IMG/VR virus record: IMGVR_UViG_3300017971_003667
Coordinates: 1-27,271 of that record
Strand: one strand, 5' to 3'
DNA: 27,271 nucleotides
Source: a virus
Taxonomy: Duplodnaviria > Caudoviricetes
Made by a program: the position numbers and the translations under genes
Notes under the pieces: model-generated
Seen by the model: only the letters and a program-made list of their open reading frames with translations
What the model was told of the DNA's origin: nothing
Databases searched by the model: none
Shown here: positions 24,133-27,271 of the stretch, one piece after another
Numbering within the stretch: position 1 is the first letter of the stretch
How the letters are laid out: every line of letters starts with the position of its first letter

Positions 24133-24866
24133 TATAACTCCATTATTGGATTTGTTTTTTTATATTTTTCATATGCTTCTTTCCATGATTTTGAAATTTT
24201 TTCTTTATCTGTTATTCTATTTTTATAAGGATCATAATCACCAAAAGGAAGCAATCCACAATAAGGACAAAGAATTTTTCTTTGATGATTTAATGTTTCT
24301 AAATTAACATCTCTTAAAGATTTTATTCCTACATCAAATCCAAATATTCTATCTATGGATGCCCCTGGTCCACAAACATAAAACCCATATCTTGAAAGAC
24401 CCAATCCACAATCATAAATTATTTTACAGTAATTATATACATCTTCTTCTGTAAATCTTATATCATCTATAGGTGCCATATTAAAAGGAACAAACCAGTT
24501 ATATATTCCATGTTTATCACTATTAACCTGAACAATACTTTCTATGTGTTTAAATAAGCTTGTTCTTTTTGACATATATAAACCATTTGTAAATAAACGT
24601 AGCTGTCTATCCAATCCTCTATATAATTCAATAATGATTTTATCAATGTCAGGATGAAGTGTTGGTTCCCCACCTAATAAACTAACTCCCTTATCCCATG
24701 TAACATTGAATTCTTTGGATTCATCTATAAACTTTTGTATCTGATCTAATGTCATATGTTCTTTACTAGGTGCTTGTCTACATGATCTATTGCAATTTAA
24801 ACATCTTAAATTACAATCTGTTGTAATCTCTATTTCAAGAGAATATGTGAAATCTTCTATTTTCAT
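24129..24866 (-). CDS. Radical SAM enzyme
   Basis: CNLRCLNC, LLGGEPTLHP and FTNG; C-terminal C...CG...C...CPYC. Confidence 0.9.
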   Translation of the reverse strand: MKIEDFTYSLEIEITTDCNLRCLNCNRSCRQAPSKEHMTLDQIQKFIDESKEFNVTWDKGVSLLGGEPTLHPDIDKIIIELYRGLDRQLRLFTNGLYMSKRTSLFKHIESIVQVNSDKHGIYNWFVPFNMAPIDDIRFTEEDVYNYCKIIYDCGLGLSRYGFYVCGPGASIDRIFGFDVGIKSLRDVNLETLNHQRKILCPYCGLLPFGDYDPYKNRITDKEKISKSWKEAYEKYKKTNPIMELY

Positions 24867-25744
24867 AAATCGTCAACTCCATATAATCTTTGACCGCAAT
24901 ATGATACACAATTACAACATACGTCTATATGATATTTTAAGACTCTATTGAGGATTCTTTGATAATAACCATCTTTTATTAATTCAAGAAGTGAAAAATC
25001 TTTAATATGTTTTATAGATTCATTAGATATTTCATATATTATGTCATTGTTATAACAAAAACAACAAGGTAAATATATACCTTTACTTGATATGGATATT
25101 CTACCTAATTGTATTCTGCATTTATTTTCTTTCTTTTTTAACATAGAATATTCAAGATCGCTCATTATATTTTTGGGTTTTTGGTATTCATTCGTATAAT
25201 ATGTAGAAGGAATAAAAAGACAGTTTTTAAATCCCATTTCTATTGACTTTTTTTGTGCTTCATCAAACTGATGTTCATTATGCCTGAACATTATCATTTG
25301 CCAAATAGCATTTCCACCACCTTTTATAAAAGCAGAAGCATTATTTAAAATCTTATCATAATTTGCACCTTTTCTATATATGTTAAGAACCTCATTATCA
25401 GTACCATCAATGGCAAATCTAATAGAATGATCTTTTGGTAAATGTTTAGGTAATTCATACCACCATTCTTGATTTCTAAAACTTCCATTAGTAGATATTA
25501 ATATCCTTTTATCCCATTTTTTTATTATATCACATATGTCAAAAAAATAAGGACTTGTTATAGGTTCTCCTATAGAACCACTCAACTGTATTTGTTTGAT
25601 GGAGCTTATTTCATATAGTTTGATATTTTTAAATTCTTCAGGTGTTATAAAAAAGGCATCATTTCTGCTATGATCTCTTGCACACAAAGGACATTTTAAG
25701 TTACACATACTACTTAATTCTATTGATACAGATTCAATATTCAT
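24863..25744 (-). CDS. Radical SAM enzyme with SPASM/twitch-like domain
   Basis: CNLKCPLC, GEP, ISTNGS, FAIDG, YR.G and HNEHQ; C-terminal C...G.YLPCC...CCNC. Confidence 0.92.
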   Translation of the reverse strand: MNIESVSIELSSMCNLKCPLCARDHSRNDAFFITPEEFKNIKLYEISSIKQIQLSGSIGEPITSPYFFDICDIIKKWDKRILISTNGSFRNQEWWYELPKHLPKDHSIRFAIDGTDNEVLNIYRKGANYDKILNNASAFIKGGGNAIWQMIMFRHNEHQFDEAQKKSIEMGFKNCLFIPSTYYTNEYQKPKNIMSDLEYSMLKKKENKCRIQLGRISISSKGIYLPCCFCYNNDIIYEISNESIKHIKDFSLLELIKDGYYQRILNRVLKYHIDVCCNCVSYCGQRLYGVDDL

Positions 25745-26772
25745 TGAAGTATCCTTTCTGTCTTCTTTCCCTCAACAGGTTTAAATTCATCTATGCCCCA
25801 TACTCTAGCATAGCTTTTCCATATACCATCACATACATAAAGATATTTACATCTAATACAACTCAAAGAATGATTAGCTACATGTTTTATTGAACTATTT
25901 AATGCTTGTTTTTCAAGACCCCATTTATCCCTTTCTGTATCAAGTTTAGGAATATCGTTATTGAATCTTGCTGCTTCAAATTTTCTTATAGTATATTCGT
26001 TCCATTCATATTCATCAAATACTCTCTGTAAGTAACCTGCAACGTATTTTTCATATCCTTTAAACAAACAGAATGGTACATATCTAATTGCTATTTTAAT
26101 ATTATCCTGAAGTAAATTAATGGCCTGTATGATATATGGTGCCATATCAGAATATCTAACTGCATTATTTTTATCTGCTGAATTCTCTATTCTGAAAGGA
26201 AGAAAATTAAAGGCAACTGGATTTATAGTTTCCATCATTTCTGCTATTTTAGGAAGGTCTTTATAATTATCCTTTGTAACAACAACATTGATTCTTATTT
26301 TATAATCCAATCTCATTGCATTATCTATTGCCCTATCTATTCTGTCAAATGAACCATTTACACCTGTCATTCCATCATGAATAGTTTTGTTTGATCCATG
26401 TAATGAAAATAATAATTCATTAAGACCATATATTCTACTTCTTTCGATAAATTCAGGATCAGAAAATTTATACCCATTTGTTATACAAGCAATATTTCTA
26501 AACCCCATAGACTTCATATCTTTTATAACATCTAAAAAATAAGGTAATATAGAAGGTTCGCCACCTGAAATATCCCAATCTTTTATGCCATAGGCTTTAC
26601 CTTCTTCTAACTGTTGATATATCAAATGTTTTATATCGGTATGCTTTATGTCTTTATAGAAACAAAACCTACATCTAATATTACAAGCATATCCCGTAAA
26701 TAATCTTGATCTTTTAGTTAATTCACCACATTGCTTTAAATCTCTAAAGCCTGTAAGATTATATAATTTCAT
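25741..26772 (-). CDS. Radical SAM enzyme with C-terminal CxxCxxxxxC
   Basis: CNIRCRFC, SGGEPS, ITNG, SLHG, HD..TGV.GSF, VPFC and CIRCKYLYVCDG. Confidence 0.93.
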   Translation of the reverse strand: MKLYNLTGFRDLKQCGELTKRSRLFTGYACNIRCRFCFYKDIKHTDIKHLIYQQLEEGKAYGIKDWDISGGEPSILPYFLDVIKDMKSMGFRNIACITNGYKFSDPEFIERSRIYGLNELLFSLHGSNKTIHDGMTGVNGSFDRIDRAIDNAMRLDYKIRINVVVTKDNYKDLPKIAEMMETINPVAFNFLPFRIENSADKNNAVRYSDMAPYIIQAINLLQDNIKIAIRYVPFCLFKGYEKYVAGYLQRVFDEYEWNEYTIRKFEAARFNNDIPKLDTERDKWGLEKQALNSSIKHVANHSLSCIRCKYLYVCDGIWKSYARVWGIDEFKPVEGKKTERILQ

Positions 26773-26972
26773 TAGAATCCCTCAAATTCAGGTAGTTTTT
26801 TAAAATCTTCTTCTTCCATCATAACAGGTTCGAATATTGGTGGAAGTTCATCTTCATCCATGCCATTTTTAAAAAATAAATCTATTTCTTTTTCCATTTC
26901 TTCCTTTGTTAATATTACAGAAGAATATTTAACACTTTCTTTATCTTGGTACATTTTATAATATAGTTTCAT
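26772..26972 (-). CDS. Small acidic hypothetical protein
   Basis: 66-aa ORF whose start and stop abut the neighbouring genes. Confidence 0.7.
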   Translation of the reverse strand: MKLYYKMYQDKESVKYSSVILTKEEMEKEIDLFFKNGMDEDELPPIFEPVMMEEEDFKKLPEFEGF

Positions 26973-26974
26973 TT

Positions 26975-27271
26975 TTATTTTCCTTTTATAAAATAATCTA
27001 TCATATCTTTTATTTCTTTTTTTCTATTTCCCAATAAATTATATTCCTCACCAGTTTTACATTTATTCTTTATTAAATGCCTAAATATTTCTTCTCTATC
27101 TTTATAATATGAAATTATTGATTCATCAGGTACATCTAATTCTAAAAAATTAAACACTTTATTTATAGTTTGTGATGTATTATTAAATAAATCATTGAAA
27201 TTAAATCTTATTGCTCTATGTCTTATTGTATTAAAAAGCATATTTTGATGTGATATTTGCTTAAAAAGAAA
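26975..27271 (-). CDS. C-terminal part of a possible sulfotransferase-fold protein, 5' truncated
   Basis: The frame is open to the window edge (FLFKQISHQNMLFN...). RFNFNDLFNNTSQTINKVFNFLEL resembles the YEDL..P...L..I..FLGL segment of sulfotransferases. Confidence 0.45.
   Translation of the reverse strand, partial: FLFKQISHQNMLFNTIRHRAIRFNFNDLFNNTSQTINKVFNFLELDVPDESIISYYKDREEIFRHLIKNKCKTGEEYNLLGNRKKEIKDMIDYFIKGK

Noticed and set aside
2084-25893. Numerous short plus-strand and alternate-frame ORFs (e.g. 2721..3113, 7224..7625, 12653..13069, 20501..20758)
   Set aside because: They are shadows of well-supported genes; their Phe/Ile/Ser-rich composition is what antisense reading of Lys/Glu/Asp codons gives.
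26772-26972. Small ORF as a RiPP precursor for the adjacent radical SAM enzymes
   Set aside because: No Cys-rich, His-Xaa-Ser or repeated core motif is visible, and neighbouring genes point to sugar chemistry; not excluded but unsupported.
1-27271. Stop-codon reassignment, introns or inteins in core genes
   Set aside because: terL (as far as visible), portal, protease, capsid and the enzymes read through at expected lengths in the standard code with high coding density.

Overview
AT-rich segment of a large T4-like dsDNA phage genome, read in the standard genetic code and almost entirely on the minus strand. In transcription order (right to left) it holds: (1) a tightly coupled 8-kb sugar/small-molecule tailoring operon with a partial sulfotransferase-like gene, five radical SAM enzymes, a PLOD-type glycosyltransferase, UDP-galactopyranose mutase, a GT-A-like glycosyltransferase and a DegT-type aminotransferase; (2) a head module with portal gp20, a gp67-like core protein, prohead protease gp21, five inserted genes (four resemble internal head proteins), scaffold gp22 and major capsid gp23; (3) an inverted plus-strand island with its own sigma70-type promoter (UDP-glucuronate decarboxylase, dCMP deaminase, short APS kinase, Cys-rich ORF); (4) a probable small terminase followed by a complete, intact PrkA/YeaG - tRNA-Ala - YeaH(VWA) - SpoVR/YcgB module; (5) a cassette of small genes ending in a J-domain protein, preceded by a sigma54-type -24/-12 promoter with two phased TGACA-N5-TGTCA palindromes at enhancer distance; and (6) the large terminase, which the ORF track missed and which runs off the left edge. 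The best candidates for new biology are the phage-borne PrkA-YeaH-SpoVR system embedded between the terminase genes, the five-radical-SAM sugar-tailoring operon next to the head genes, and the sigma54/enhancer-controlled cassette. All calls come from motif recognition by eye; no database searches were run.
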